Assembly (NCBI GenBank): GCA_965231005.1
Contig: OZ246405.1
Coordinates: forward strand, 949,657-1,013,656
Origin: an uncultured Gammaproteobacteria bacterium
GTDB taxonomy: Bacteria > Patescibacteriota > Patescibacteriia > Magasanikbacterales > UBA922
Direction of reading: 5' to 3'
Length of the DNA: 64,000 bases
Shown: positions 27,680-37,865 of the stretch, piece by piece
Layout of the letters: every line of letters starts with the position of its first letter
How positions within the stretch are numbered: position 1 is the stretch's first letter
Notes under the pieces: generated by a model
Databases searched by the model: none
Seen by the model: only the letters and a program-made list of their open reading frames with translations
What the model was told of the DNA's origin: nothing
Translations under genes and position numbers: made by a program

Positions 27680-30245
27680 AATATTTTTTCAAGTAATTTC
27701 CTGTATGACTATATCCTTTCAGGGCAACTTGCTCTGGTGTTCCAGCAACAAGGACTTCCCCACCTTTGTCACCACCTTCTGGACCAAGATCAATAATCCA
27801 GTCAGCACATTTAATCAAATCAAGATTGTGTTCAATAACAAGTACTGTATTTCCCTGTGACACAAGTTTTTGTAGAACCTCAACAAGTTTTCGTACATCA
27901 TCATAATGCAATCCTGTTGTGGGCTCATCAAGAAGATATAATGTTTTTGTTGTATTTCTTTTTGCAAGTTCACGACTAAGTTTAATACGTTGTGCCTCTC
28001 CACCAGAAAGTGTTGTTGCAGATTGACCAAGGGTTAAATAATCCAGTCCAACCTCATTTAACATTTTTAATTTATCATGAATCGCAGGAATATCTTTAAA
28101 AAATACTTCTGCTTCTTCTATAGTCATATCAAGCACGTCTGCAATTGATTTTCCATTGAAATGAACTTGCAAGGTTTCACGGTCAAAACGCTTTCCCTTA
28201 CAAACATCACAAAGAATTTCAACACTTGGCAAAAAGTGCATTTCAATTTGAAGATTTCCTCTTCCTTCACAATGTTCACACCTACCACCAGGTCGGTTAA
28301 AACTAAATCGTCCTTTTTTGTATCCACGAATACGTGCTTCTGGCGTTGACGCAAATAAATCTCGAATAACATCAAATGCTTTTGTATATGTTGCAGGATT
28401 ACTTCGTGGTGTGCGACCAATTGGTTTCTGATCAATACGAATGATTTTATCAATATATTCTGTCCCTAAAATCTCACGATGCTTACCAACAATTTTATCT
28501 GTACGATGCAATCTATTTGAAACAGTACGATACAAAATTTTATTCATGAGTGTTGATTTTCCAGATCCAGAAACACCTGTTAAACATACCAATCTTCTGA
28601 GTGGAATGTTCACATTAATTTTTTTCAAATTGTGCTGCTCAGCACCTTTTATTTTTATGAGTGGTGTTGTGCGATCAACTTTTCTTCTTTTTTCTGGAAG
28701 TGGAATTTTTGATTCATTACGAAGATATTTTCCTGTTAATGATTTTTTGGGATCACCATACTGTTTTGCTTTTGTTTTTTCTTTTGATAATGAAAGTAAT
28801 GTTGAACGAGGACCAGAAAAAACAATATCTCCCCCGTGCTTTCCTGCACGCGGTCCTAAGTCAACAACCCAATCACTCATAAGAATTGTTTCTTCATCAT
28901 GTTCTACAATAATGATGGTATTCCCAACATCACAAAGATTTCTTAGTGTTGAAACAAGTTGAGCATTGTCACGCTGGTGAAGTCCAATTGTTGGTTCATC
29001 TAACACATACAGTGCACCAACGAGTTTTGTCCCAACCTGTGATGCAAGACGAATGCGTTGTGCTTCTCCACCAGACAATGTTCCTGCCTTTCTATTGAGT
29101 GTTAAATAGTGCAATCCAACATCACTCATAAATTGCAATCTATTTTGCACTTCTTTTAACACTGTTCCTGCAATTTCTTTTTGTGAGGCATCAAGTGCAT
29201 CATCTATTTGCAAAAAGTAATCAATCGCATCATTGATTGTTAACGATGTAATTTCATAAATATTTTTGTCTCCAACCCTAACATGCAGTGCATCTTCATT
29301 TAATCGTTTTCCTTCACATTGACTACAAACTTCTTCACTAAATAATTCTTTTGTTCCCAAACCATAACAGTGTTGACACTGTCCATATGGGCTATTAAAA
29401 CTAAACAACCGCGGTTCAATTTCTGGAAAACTATATCCATCATTTGGACAAGAATATTCTGTGCTATATATTTGTTCTGTTTGATCTTGAAAATGAATAG
29501 CACATAATCCGTTTGATAATTCCACTGCAGATTCTACTGCTTCTGCAAGCCGACGTGTATCTTCACTTTTTTTTGTAAATGTTGCACCTGCAAGTGGAAT
29601 CCGATCAATAACAATTTCAATGGTGTGTTTTTTATGACGTGACAATTTCACTCGACTGCGTAGACTTTTTATTTTTCCATCAATCCGAACTTCTAAATAT
29701 CCTGCATTGTACATATCGTAGAGCATTTGATAATACTCCCCTTTTCTTCCACGAACAACTGGGGAAAAAATAATAAGTTCATTCTCTGCTTTTTTTGCAA
29801 CTGTTTTTTTCTTTGTTGAAGAAATAATTCGTGTTGTCATTTCTTCTACTGTCATCTTTCTAATTTCAACACCATCAATTGGACAATAGGGTTGTCCTAC
29901 ACGAGCAAATAACACACGCAAATAATCATAAATCTCTGTAATCGTTGCAACAGTCGAACGAGGGTTTGCACTGTGCGCTTTTTGATCAATAGAAATTGCA
30001 GGCGAAAGCCCTTCAATCTCATCAACATCTGGCTTTTGCATCCCACCTAAAAACTGTCGTGCATATGCAGAAAGACTTTCAACATATCGACGCTGTCCTT
30101 CGGCAAAAATTGTATCAAACGCAAGAGAGGACTTTCCTGATCCAGACAGTCCTGTAAATGTAATCATCTTGTTCCGAGGGAGTTCAAGATCAATATTTTT
30201 CAAATTGTGCTCTCGAGCACCTTTTATAATGATATTATCCTGCAT
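27672..30245 (-). CDS. uvrA: excinuclease ABC subunit A
   Basis: two ABC ATPase modules, Zn fingers 'CEHCEGRG', 'CQHCYGLG', 'LSGGEAQRI' x2. Confidence 0.9.
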   Translation of the reverse strand: MQDNIIIKGAREHNLKNIDLELPRNKMITFTGLSGSGKSSLAFDTIFAEGQRRYVESLSAYARQFLGGMQKPDVDEIEGLSPAISIDQKAHSANPRSTVATITEIYDYLRVLFARVGQPYCPIDGVEIRKMTVEEMTTRIISSTKKKTVAKKAENELIIFSPVVRGRKGEYYQMLYDMYNAGYLEVRIDGKIKSLRSRVKLSRHKKHTIEIVIDRIPLAGATFTKKSEDTRRLAEAVESAVELSNGLCAIHFQDQTEQIYSTEYSCPNDGYSFPEIEPRLFSFNSPYGQCQHCYGLGTKELFSEEVCSQCEGKRLNEDALHVRVGDKNIYEITSLTINDAIDYFLQIDDALDASQKEIAGTVLKEVQNRLQFMSDVGLHYLTLNRKAGTLSGGEAQRIRLASQVGTKLVGALYVLDEPTIGLHQRDNAQLVSTLRNLCDVGNTIIIVEHDEETILMSDWVVDLGPRAGKHGGDIVFSGPRSTLLSLSKEKTKAKQYGDPKKSLTGKYLRNESKIPLPEKRRKVDRTTPLIKIKGAEQHNLKKINVNIPLRRLVCLTGVSGSGKSTLMNKILYRTVSNRLHRTDKIVGKHREILGTEYIDKIIRIDQKPIGRTPRSNPATYTKAFDVIRDLFASTPEARIRGYKKGRFSFNRPGGRCEHCEGRGNLQIEMHFLPSVEILCDVCKGKRFDRETLQVHFNGKSIADVLDMTIEEAEVFFKDIPAIHDKLKMLNEVGLDYLTLGQSATTLSGGEAQRIKLSRELAKRNTTKTLYLLDEPTTGLHYDDVRKLVEVLQKLVSQGNTVLVIEHNLDLIKCADWIIDLGPEGGDKGGEVLVAGTPEQVALKGYSHTGNYLKKYLK

Positions 30246-30256
30246 AACGCAAAAAT

Positions 30257-30280
30257 CCCCGCCAAGGCGGGTCTTCTATT
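30257..30280 (-). promoter_or_regulatory. GC hairpin + T-run 6 nt upstream of the uvrA start codon (minus strand), attenuator-like
   Basis: CCCCGCC-aagg-GGCGGG then ATTTTTG directly before ATG CAG GAT. Confidence 0.35.
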
Positions 30281-30317
30281 TAGTATGAATAAAAGAGCCT
30301 TTCTATTATATACTCCA

Positions 30318-30346
30318 TTGACATTTTACGTCAATTCGTCTATAAT
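30318..30346 (+). promoter_or_regulatory. consensus sigma70-type promoter (TTGACA-17-TATAAT)
   Basis: TTGACA 30318-30323, 17-nt spacer, TATAAT 30341-30346, upstream of lipoprotein gene. Confidence 0.55.
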
Positions 30347-30378
30347 GGGTCTAGAATTTAAACGATCAAGGTTTTCCC

Positions 30379-31173
30379 TTGATTATAACTATATTACGTA
30401 CTATGAGAAAAGTACTATTGCCTATAGGAGGAATAGCACTTGCCCTGCTTCTCGTGGGAGCAGGATGTGCAAAGGTCGAGGCACCAAAGACATCTGATTC
30501 AAGCAAGGATAAGCCTGCTGTAACAGAAAAAGCAGACGTGCCACCAGTAGAAACAAACAGTAAAAAAATTACCCTTTCAGCAACACCAATTGAGCTTGCT
30601 GGACAAGTATATCTTCAATGGGCTGTACCTGAACAGTTCAAAAGTGATGAAGGATATCGTCTTGTAAGAAGTAAGAACGAAAATCCTACATTCCCTGGAA
30701 ACTTCTGGTTCCACCAAGAAGCAGACAGAGACCACATTACCTGGATCGACATTCCAGGAGGTACATGGCACTTCCGTATCTGTCAATTTGTAGATGGTGC
30801 ATGTGCAGCATACAGTGACGACGTGAGTGTTATAGTCCCAATGTCAAGCATTGAGGCAAAAACAAGCACTCCAGAAAATGTTGTAAAAGCATTTTACGAA
30901 GCACTTATTGAAAACAGAGAAGATGCATTGCAATATGTTCCACTTTCTATTCAGAATTCAGATCGATTCAAAAGAAAATGGGAACAAACAAAAGACTGGC
31001 AATACATGAATGTAAAAATTGGTGAGCCACGCGAAGATGTTGATGGCGGATATTTCGTAGATGTTCACATTGGTATCCGCATTGGTGACAGTGATAGAAC
31101 AGAACAAGGAAAAGATCAAGTATCAGTTGAAAAACGTGGAAAGAAATGGTGGGTAACAAGTTTTCCAACATAA
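30379..31173 (+). CDS. lipoprotein with beta-sandwich region and NTF2-like/SnoaL-like C-terminal domain
   Basis: signal peptide + lipobox 'LLVGAGC'; start could be M9 (30403). Confidence 0.5.
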   Translation: MIITILRTMRKVLLPIGGIALALLLVGAGCAKVEAPKTSDSSKDKPAVTEKADVPPVETNSKKITLSATPIELAGQVYLQWAVPEQFKSDEGYRLVRSKNENPTFPGNFWFHQEADRDHITWIDIPGGTWHFRICQFVDGACAAYSDDVSVIVPMSSIEAKTSTPENVVKAFYEALIENREDALQYVPLSIQNSDRFKRKWEQTKDWQYMNVKIGEPREDVDGGYFVDVHIGIRIGDSDRTEQGKDQVSVEKRGKKWWVTSFPT

Positions 31174-31186
31174 TTTCATTTCAATT

Positions 31187-31217
31187 AAAAAGCCGCTCGT
31201 TCTGAGCGGTTTTTTTA
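31187..31217. terminator. bidirectional intrinsic terminator (AGCCGCTC-gttctg-AGCGG flanked by A/T runs)
   Basis: aaaaAGCCGCTCgttctgAGCGGttttttt between convergent genes. Confidence 0.65.
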
Positions 31218-31233
31218 TTTTAGCTAAAAATAA

Positions 31234-32394
31234 TTAAAAATGCGGACCACCTCTAAAGTATGAAAACAGTTCATCCTGCTCGTCCTCAGTCAATTCATAT
31301 ATTGCAGGGAAACCTGTTGCTCTTCCTCTGAAAGAATCTCCAAATTGTTTTCCTGTCCAATCAATTGCAAGATTTCCAAAAAGAACATTTATTTCATGAT
31401 ACCTTCCTGTTTTCTTTGTATGCTCAGCAACCTCTTCAAACTCACGCTCACTCATGCCGCTAAGATCTGGTAAACCATAGTGACGAACTTTTGCATCCAA
31501 CCCAAACTTTTTATGACAAAACGTAGAAAATCTATTTGGCGTAACAAGACAGTCTCCGGTCATAGCTAGACCTGACGACGTCCTCCCTTTTTCATACATG
31601 TAATTTCCAAATTCTTTTATTGCTGACAATACTTTTTCAAACTTCTCTTTTGCATCTTCCCTATCTTTTCCTTTTCTTCCTTTAAAATATTCAAGCAATA
31701 CGGCTCTTACTTCAGAAAAGTCATAATCTTTATTTTCTAATACTTGCTCTAGCGCAATTCTAAGTGCCTGAGGATCAATTGCTGTATCTTCTACATCATC
31801 AAGAACTTGATCAATGTTGTGATCATCTAAGGAACGAGAAAAATTCCTTTCACTGTCAAAATGATTTGTTCTGTTTACACTCACACCCTCAAAAGAAAGA
31901 GATTCTGGACTGTACACATCAGGCGAACGCTCAAGAGCGCGCAAGGTATCCCCTTCAGAAGAAAATGTGAAACCAATTGCATGTCTATCTCTTTTGTAAT
32001 TATCCCCTCTTGTCTTACCACCTATAAGTAATCCCATTGAAACTTTCGCATCTTGTTCTCCTCTATATGGACGATTAGAACCTTGTCTTTTTACAATCCA
32101 ACTTCCTGCCCTTGGAGTGGCATATGTTCCTGACGCCATTGTGCCTTGCAATATTCTCCAAAAATTCTTTTTAGCATTGTCTGCAATTTGATGTTGATAC
32201 TTCTGAAATAATTTTGTCACTTGTTCCAATGATGCTGGTGTTCCTTCTTCAATTCCAAATTCACTAAATATCTCATCAATATCTAGTACATATTCTTTTT
32301 CTGGTTTTGGTTCTGTATCTTTTTTTTGCTCAACTTTGCTGTCCTTGTACTGATGACCTAAACCAAACTCTCCTTTAGGTAAATCTCTATTCAT
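31234..32394 (-). CDS. hypothetical protein, no recognisable domain
   Basis: 386-aa ORF, soluble, charged. Confidence 0.45.
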   Translation of the reverse strand: MNRDLPKGEFGLGHQYKDSKVEQKKDTEPKPEKEYVLDIDEIFSEFGIEEGTPASLEQVTKLFQKYQHQIADNAKKNFWRILQGTMASGTYATPRAGSWIVKRQGSNRPYRGEQDAKVSMGLLIGGKTRGDNYKRDRHAIGFTFSSEGDTLRALERSPDVYSPESLSFEGVSVNRTNHFDSERNFSRSLDDHNIDQVLDDVEDTAIDPQALRIALEQVLENKDYDFSEVRAVLLEYFKGRKGKDREDAKEKFEKVLSAIKEFGNYMYEKGRTSSGLAMTGDCLVTPNRFSTFCHKKFGLDAKVRHYGLPDLSGMSEREFEEVAEHTKKTGRYHEINVLFGNLAIDWTGKQFGDSFRGRATGFPAIYELTEDEQDELFSYFRGGPHF

Positions 32395-32449
32395 AAAAAA
32401 ATATCTTGCCTATATAATAGCAAAATATTCTAACAAACTAAACAACGCA

Positions 32450-33094
32450 TTATTCGACTACTGTCGCCTCTGGCTGTGTCACATTGACCTGCCACCATCC
32501 CTTGAGTCGAGCAAGCATTTCTCTTATGCGATTTTTATCAGTCTGTTTAAATCCTTGATAGTCAGCTGAAAAACCAATCGTATCTATCCCAAAATGTGAA
32601 CAAAAATAAATAATTCTTGGTAAATGAAAATCTTGAGAAACCGCAACCACTTTTTCTAGTTCATATACGTTTGCTTCACGATAACAACTTTCATATGTTC
32701 TATATCCATGTGGATCAACAGCAATATCATGAATCGGAATGCCTTGTTGAATTGCATACAGTTTCATTGCATCAACTTCATTAACACGATTTCCACCATC
32801 ATCGCCAGTCATGATAAGTTTTTTCACTTTTCCTTTTTTGTATAAATCAATTCCTGTTTTGACTCTGTCGAGCTGCATATCACTTTGGGAACCATCTGGT
32901 TCCATTCCCCCACCGAAGATAAGAGCAATTTCTCTTTGTGGAAGCTCTTCAAGATTGTGATAGATCAAATTCTTGTTTTCAACAATGACAAAATTTGTAT
33001 ATCCAAGAAACAACGAACAACAAATAAAGAACAAGCCAATGCCCATTCCTATTATTTTTGTCTTGTTAATTTTTTGTATGCTTGATTCTTCCAT
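32450..33094 (-). CDS. DUF218 (SanA/YdcF/ElyC-family) membrane-anchored protein
   Basis: N-terminal TM; 'LIFGGGMEPDGSQSDMQLDRV...KKLIMTGDDGG' DUF218 core. Confidence 0.65.
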   Translation of the reverse strand: MEESSIQKINKTKIIGMGIGLFFICCSLFLGYTNFVIVENKNLIYHNLEELPQREIALIFGGGMEPDGSQSDMQLDRVKTGIDLYKKGKVKKLIMTGDDGGNRVNEVDAMKLYAIQQGIPIHDIAVDPHGYRTYESCYREANVYELEKVVAVSQDFHLPRIIYFCSHFGIDTIGFSADYQGFKQTDKNRIREMLARLKGWWQVNVTQPEATVVE

Positions 33095-35137
33095 TTATTT
33101 TTTATCTTGTTTTTTAAGCTGTCGAATTTCATCGCGAAGAATCGCTGCAAGTTCAAATTCTAATTCTTTTGCAGCCTTCTTCATCTTCTTTTCTTTTTCT
33201 TTAATAATTTGTTCAATTGGTCGTGCATCTCCTAAAAGATCCAGATCTAAGACATTTGCTTTTCGCTTTGCATGTTTTTCTTTTTTCTTCTTTGTTGCTT
33301 CAGGATCAATACCAAACTCTTCTAAAATATTCTTAATATTCTTTTGAATAGTCTTTGGGGTGATCTTATGCTTTTTATTATATGCAAGCTGAAGCTTCCG
33401 ACGTCTGTCTGTTTCAGCAAGTGCTCGTTTGATAGAACCAGTTACATTATCTGCATACAAAATGACTCGACCATCTGCATTTCTTGCTGCACGTCCAATG
33501 GTCTGCACAAGACTTGTTTCACTTCGCAAAAATCCTTCTTTGTCTGCATCAAGAATTGCAACAAGAGAAACCTCAGGAATATCTAACCCTTCTCTGAGCA
33601 AATTCACCCCAACAATCACATCAACAACTCCCTTTCGCAAATCTGTAATAATTTCAATTCTTTGCAGCGTATGAATGTCGCTGTGCAAATATGAAACCTT
33701 AATTTTTTTCTCTTGCAAATAATCTGTTAAATCTTCTGCCATCTTCTTTGTAAGTGTTGTAACCAAAATTCTTCCACCACTCTGTATTGTGTTTTCAATT
33801 TCTTGAATAACATCATCAACTTGAGATTTATTCTTTTTTCCTTCTGTGACTGGTCGAATATCTACTTCTGGATCAACTAAACCAGTTGGACGAATAATTT
33901 GTTCATGCACGTGTGAACTCTCTTTTACTTCATATTCCGAAGGCGTTGCAGAAACATAGAGAACATTGTCCACCCGTTTATCGAACTCATCAAACTTCAG
34001 TGGTCGATTGTCCTTTGCACTTGGTAAACGGAATCCATGTGTTGCCAATGTTTCTTTTCTTGCTCTGTCCCCATTAAACATAGCGCGAATTTGTGGAACA
34101 GTAACATGAGATTCATCAATAACAGTTAGAAAATTAGCATCCCCATTTCCAGACGTATGTCTAAAATAATCCAATAGTGTGAATGGCGGCTCCCCTTCCT
34201 GCCTTCCTTCGAAATGACGAGAATAATTTTCAATTCCATTGCAATATCCAATATGCCGTATCATTTCAAGATCATAGCTTACTCTTCTTTTCAATCGTTC
34301 ATATTCAAGAACCTTTCCAGCCTTTTTGAAATATGCAAGACGTTCCTTTAATTCTTGCTCAATACTTTTTTCAGCACGCTGTCGAGAAATCTCATTAACA
34401 ACATAATGTTTTGCAGGAAAAAACCAAGCATCTTCGATTTCCTGAATAATTTTTCTTGTTACTGAATCAATGATTTCAATAACATCAATATGATTACTTA
34501 TTTCAAATCGATAAATCCGCTCTTCATTTATTGGCATGATCTCAAATACTTGTCCACGCATACGAAATGATCCACGTTTCAAATCTGCATTTGTTCGTTC
34601 AAACTGCATTTGGATTAATTGATCAAGCATGCCACGTCTGTCTAGCTTTTGTCCTTTTCTCAAATGAAGAACAATTTTTTCATACTCTGTTGGAGAACCC
34701 AAACCATAAATTGCAGAAACAGATGCAACAATAATTACATCCTTTCTTGAAAGTAATGCCTGTGTACATGCATGACGCAGTCGATCAATTTCCTCATTTA
34801 CTTGTGCTTCTTTTTCAATGAATGTATCAGACGATGGAAGATATGCCTCTGGCTGATAATAATCATAATAACTTACAAAATATTCAACCGCATTATCTGG
34901 AAAAAACTCTCTAAACTCATTGCACAGCTGAGCAGCCAATGTTTTATTATGTGCAATAACAAGTGTTGGGAGTTGTGTTTGTTCAATAACATTGGCAACA
35001 GTAAATGTTTTTCCTGATCCAGTCACACCAAGCAATGTCTGTCTTTTATCTCCCTTTTTTACACCTTGAACAAGCCCTTTGATTGCTTTGGGCTGATCTC
35101 CAGTAGGTTTGTAATTTGAGACAAGTTTGAACGCCAT
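33095..35137 (-). CDS. uvrB: excinuclease ABC subunit B
   Basis: '[10 protein letters not shown]', helicase motifs, beta-hairpin region, C-terminal UVR domain. Confidence 0.9.
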   Translation of the reverse strand: MAFKLVSNYKPTGDQPKAIKGLVQGVKKGDKRQTLLGVTGSGKTFTVANVIEQTQLPTLVIAHNKTLAAQLCNEFREFFPDNAVEYFVSYYDYYQPEAYLPSSDTFIEKEAQVNEEIDRLRHACTQALLSRKDVIIVASVSAIYGLGSPTEYEKIVLHLRKGQKLDRRGMLDQLIQMQFERTNADLKRGSFRMRGQVFEIMPINEERIYRFEISNHIDVIEIIDSVTRKIIQEIEDAWFFPAKHYVVNEISRQRAEKSIEQELKERLAYFKKAGKVLEYERLKRRVSYDLEMIRHIGYCNGIENYSRHFEGRQEGEPPFTLLDYFRHTSGNGDANFLTVIDESHVTVPQIRAMFNGDRARKETLATHGFRLPSAKDNRPLKFDEFDKRVDNVLYVSATPSEYEVKESSHVHEQIIRPTGLVDPEVDIRPVTEGKKNKSQVDDVIQEIENTIQSGGRILVTTLTKKMAEDLTDYLQEKKIKVSYLHSDIHTLQRIEIITDLRKGVVDVIVGVNLLREGLDIPEVSLVAILDADKEGFLRSETSLVQTIGRAARNADGRVILYADNVTGSIKRALAETDRRRKLQLAYNKKHKITPKTIQKNIKNILEEFGIDPEATKKKKEKHAKRKANVLDLDLLGDARPIEQIIKEKEKKMKKAAKELEFELAAILRDEIRQLKKQDKK

Positions 35138-35232
35138 AATTTGGTAACTATATCAAATATTTAGTGAATATTCAATGTTCTTTATTTTTTTGAATAAGAG
35201 AAAGTTATCCACAAAATATTTCGCTAATTTAT

Positions 35233-35261
35233 TGACTTTCTTTAGATTTACTTGATATATT
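35233..35261 (+). promoter_or_regulatory. putative promoter TTGACT-17-ATATAT ahead of GC-rich non-coding region
   Basis: TTGACT 35233-35238, 17-nt spacer. Confidence 0.35.
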
Positions 35262-35267
35262 TTTTAT

Positions 35268-35892
35268 GTGGTGCTGTGTAACAAGCAGAACAATCACTGA
35301 TGTGAGCCCGGTGCTCTTCGGGGCCTGCACGCGCACGTTGGTGATGATGCTGTCGCTCTTTGGGTCTTCCAAGGTTGAAAACCCAGGAGGATTTCCAAGC
35401 AATTGGTCAAAAACCCTTAGCTCGACCCAGTCGAGAGAGCAGGCGGAGGGGCCCTGTAACTGCGCGAAAGTGTGGTTGTGATCAACAAAACATGGTTCTC
35501 CCATCATTACAATGTTTCCCTATTACGCACGAGGACACACACTTTCTAAGCCTCGCGGAACAGGAAACAACGTATAGGAGACGGTTAGACTGATTACCGG
35601 ACGGCTTGTCTGGACGGTTTTCTTGGTTAGTTTCAGCCATTGAGTTGTTGGTCGCCTAGGCAGGGTGAGTAAAGCTGCAGTCTTTGTGAGCCACGTCAAA
35701 GTTATCCTTGAACTCTTTTGCCGGCCCTAGGTTCAACCCAAGGAGCTGAGCAATCTGATCGAGTTGCACACATAGGAAGCTCAGACACGCTCTAGGGGGA
35801 TTGTTGCACAGCACCCCCTTTTCTCTCTCCAAAAGCCCATTTTGGGTAGAGATAATAAAAAAAGCCTTATTACAGGGCTTTTTTTGTATTGA
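35268..35892 (+). ncRNA. unidentified GC-rich structured RNA transcription unit 1 (~620 nt)
   Basis: ~55-60% GC in a ~33% GC genome, no credible ORF, dense local complementarity, ends in AAGCC...GGCTT + T7 terminator 35865-35892. Confidence 0.35.
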
Positions 35893-35908
35893 AGATATTA
35901 TAAAAAAC

Positions 35909-35937
35909 TTGACAAATTTACCCTCTTTCTGTATAAT
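35909..35937 (+). promoter_or_regulatory. perfect consensus promoter TTGACA-17-TATAAT
   Basis: TTGACA 35909-35914, TATAAT 35932-35937; typical of stable-RNA promoters. Confidence 0.6.
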
Positions 35938-35942
35938 ACGTC

Positions 35943-36508
35943 GTTGTTCCTACCAGAGCAAGTAGCTAGTGATAGCACCAGCTGTTATCTCAGCGACAAG
36001 TTTTTTTGCGTTGCGGGGTCGTGATGATCGACCTTAGACTCTCGGCTTGAGATGCAAAGACCTGGGGGTAGAAAACTAAGAGATTTTTGTGCAACACTCT
36101 TAGAAGAGACTACCACATCGCCCCTGGCGAGTAACTCTTTCTGACCGTCTGATGTTGGTCCTAGCAAAACTCTGTGGCGGAGCGACCTCTGTGCCGATGT
36201 GACTCGTGGTGCGGTTGAACAATCCGTCTTGTCTTCTTAAATGTTGTGGTCCTGTTGAAATCAGGTAATCCGAAAGGATGGGGGCGGCCTAGGCTGTCTG
36301 ATTGCACGACATAAGACCGGGCGAGGAATTCTTCCTTGCTGCCATGATGAGCATTGCTGCGCGGAGAGCCGCGGGCGAGCGTGCGTTTCATTTTTTCCAC
36401 CCCTTGGAGATGGAGCGTGCCTCGCCTGCGGCCTTGATTTTTTTCTTTATCTAAAAAGGTAGAGAGAAAAAAGTAAAACATCCTGATGTGCTCAGGATGT
36501 TTTGTTTT
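35943..36508 (+). ncRNA. unidentified GC-rich structured RNA transcription unit 2 (~570 nt); RNase P-like sequence fragments but not confirmable
   Basis: consensus promoter upstream, terminator 36477-36508 downstream, no ORF; 'AUCAGGUAAUCCGAAAGGAUGGGGGCGG' and 'CACGACAUAAGACCGGGC' resemble RNase P P10-P12/P4 strings but spacing is wrong. Confidence 0.35.
36477..36508. terminator. bidirectional intrinsic terminator (AACATCCTGA-tgtgc-TCAGGATGTT + TTTGTTTT)
   Basis: 10-bp stem; serves RNA unit 2 (+) and the MBL gene (-). Confidence 0.65.
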
Positions 36509-37859
36509 AGACTTCAATGGTTTCTCCAAGTTCGGGAACAAACGCATCAATTCCTAAATCATCTTTTATCCGATGTGCAAGTTCTGTTGCTGCATGTGCT
36601 TCCCCATGAACACAATAGACTTTTGCTGGTTTCTTTTCTGCGTTCGCAATCCAATCAACAAGTTTGTTTTGATCACCGTGAGCAGAGAGCGCACCAATGG
36701 CTTGTATTTTACATTTGACCTGCACATCTTGCCCAAAAATTTTTACTTTTTCAGCACCTTCATACAATCGCCTTCCCAATGTTCCTCTTGCCTGATATCC
36801 AACAATAATGAGTGTTGATTTTGGATCTGAAAGATAGCGAAACAAATGATGCACAATACGTCCCCCATTCATCATACCAGCACCGGCTATTACAATTTTT
36901 GGACCTTTTCTGTGATTAATTTCTTTTGATTCTTGTTTTGATCTTGTAATAATAAGTTGTGGAAATTCAAAAAAGTCATTTCCCTTTGTATATTTTTTAC
37001 ATGCATGTTCATCATAGTATTCTGGATGCTTTTTATAGACTGGCAGAGCATCAATTGCCATGGGACTGTCAAGAAAAATAGGTGCGTCTGGAAGTGTGTT
37101 ATCTGTTTCACTCATTTCATCTAATTCATATAACAATTCTTGTGTGCGTTCAAGTGAAAATGCAGGAATCATAACTGTTCCTCCGCGTTTTACTCCTTCA
37201 GTAATTAAATCAAGAATAATCTGTTTTCTCTCGGTTGTTGTTTCATGAATTCTGTCTCCGTATGTTGATTCACATAATAATACATCTACAGACCCAAGCT
37301 GTTCTGTTTCTTTTAAAATTGGGACATTTGCATTGCCAATATCTCCAGAAAACGCTATTACTTTTCCGCCAATGTGGATTTCAATAAATGATGCACCAAG
37401 AATATGACCTGCATCTTTGAATATTGCATAATCACCATCGCCAAGATCTACCTTTTGGTGGTAGTCAACACCACTGCATTGTGAGACTGCTCTATCAATC
37501 TCTTCCAAGGTAAATAAAATCGGAGACTGGAATTTTTTGTTATTATATGTCATTATCTTGTAGGCGTCTTGCCAAATAAGTTTGGCAAGCCCAGCAGTCC
37601 CCTTTGTCATATATATAGAACCTGTATAGCCATCTCGGATAAGCTTAGGAATCCTTCCACTATGATCATTATGTGCATGACTGACAAGTACTGCATTGAT
37701 TGATGCAGGATCAAAAGGAAAATCATCTGCGTTTCTTCCTTCATTAAAATCACCGCCCTGAAACATACCGCAGTCAAGAAGAATTTTTTTCTTTCCTGTG
37801 TCAATAAGGTGACAAGATCCTGTTACTTCGTGTGCTGCTCCGTGGAACGTTATATTCAT
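36507..37859 (-). CDS. beta-CASP/MBL-fold RNA-metabolising hydrolase (RNase J/CPSF-like)
   Basis: 'HAHNDHSG' motif II, 'MNITFHGAAHEVTGSCHL', beta-CASP insertion, C-terminal His motif. Confidence 0.75.
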   Translation of the reverse strand: MNITFHGAAHEVTGSCHLIDTGKKKILLDCGMFQGGDFNEGRNADDFPFDPASINAVLVSHAHNDHSGRIPKLIRDGYTGSIYMTKGTAGLAKLIWQDAYKIMTYNNKKFQSPILFTLEEIDRAVSQCSGVDYHQKVDLGDGDYAIFKDAGHILGASFIEIHIGGKVIAFSGDIGNANVPILKETEQLGSVDVLLCESTYGDRIHETTTERKQIILDLITEGVKRGGTVMIPAFSLERTQELLYELDEMSETDNTLPDAPIFLDSPMAIDALPVYKKHPEYYDEHACKKYTKGNDFFEFPQLIITRSKQESKEINHRKGPKIVIAGAGMMNGGRIVHHLFRYLSDPKSTLIIVGYQARGTLGRRLYEGAEKVKIFGQDVQVKCKIQAIGALSAHGDQNKLVDWIANAEKKPAKVYCVHGEAHAATELAHRIKDDLGIDAFVPELGETIEV

Positions 37860-37865
37860 ATCTCT

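Noticed and set aside
36240-36340. RNase P RNA assignment from two motif-like strings
   Set aside because: Strings resemble P10-12 and P4-3' consensus, but they are only ~45 nt apart and the universally conserved GGAAAGUCCGGGC P4 5' strand was not found. Left as unidentified ncRNA.
35229-36550. ORFs 35229..35507(-), 35266..35481(+), 35360..35593(+), 36161..36550(-), 35985..36167(-)
   Set aside because: No SD or motifs, and mutually overlapping. The region has promoter/terminator architecture and composition of stable RNA instead.
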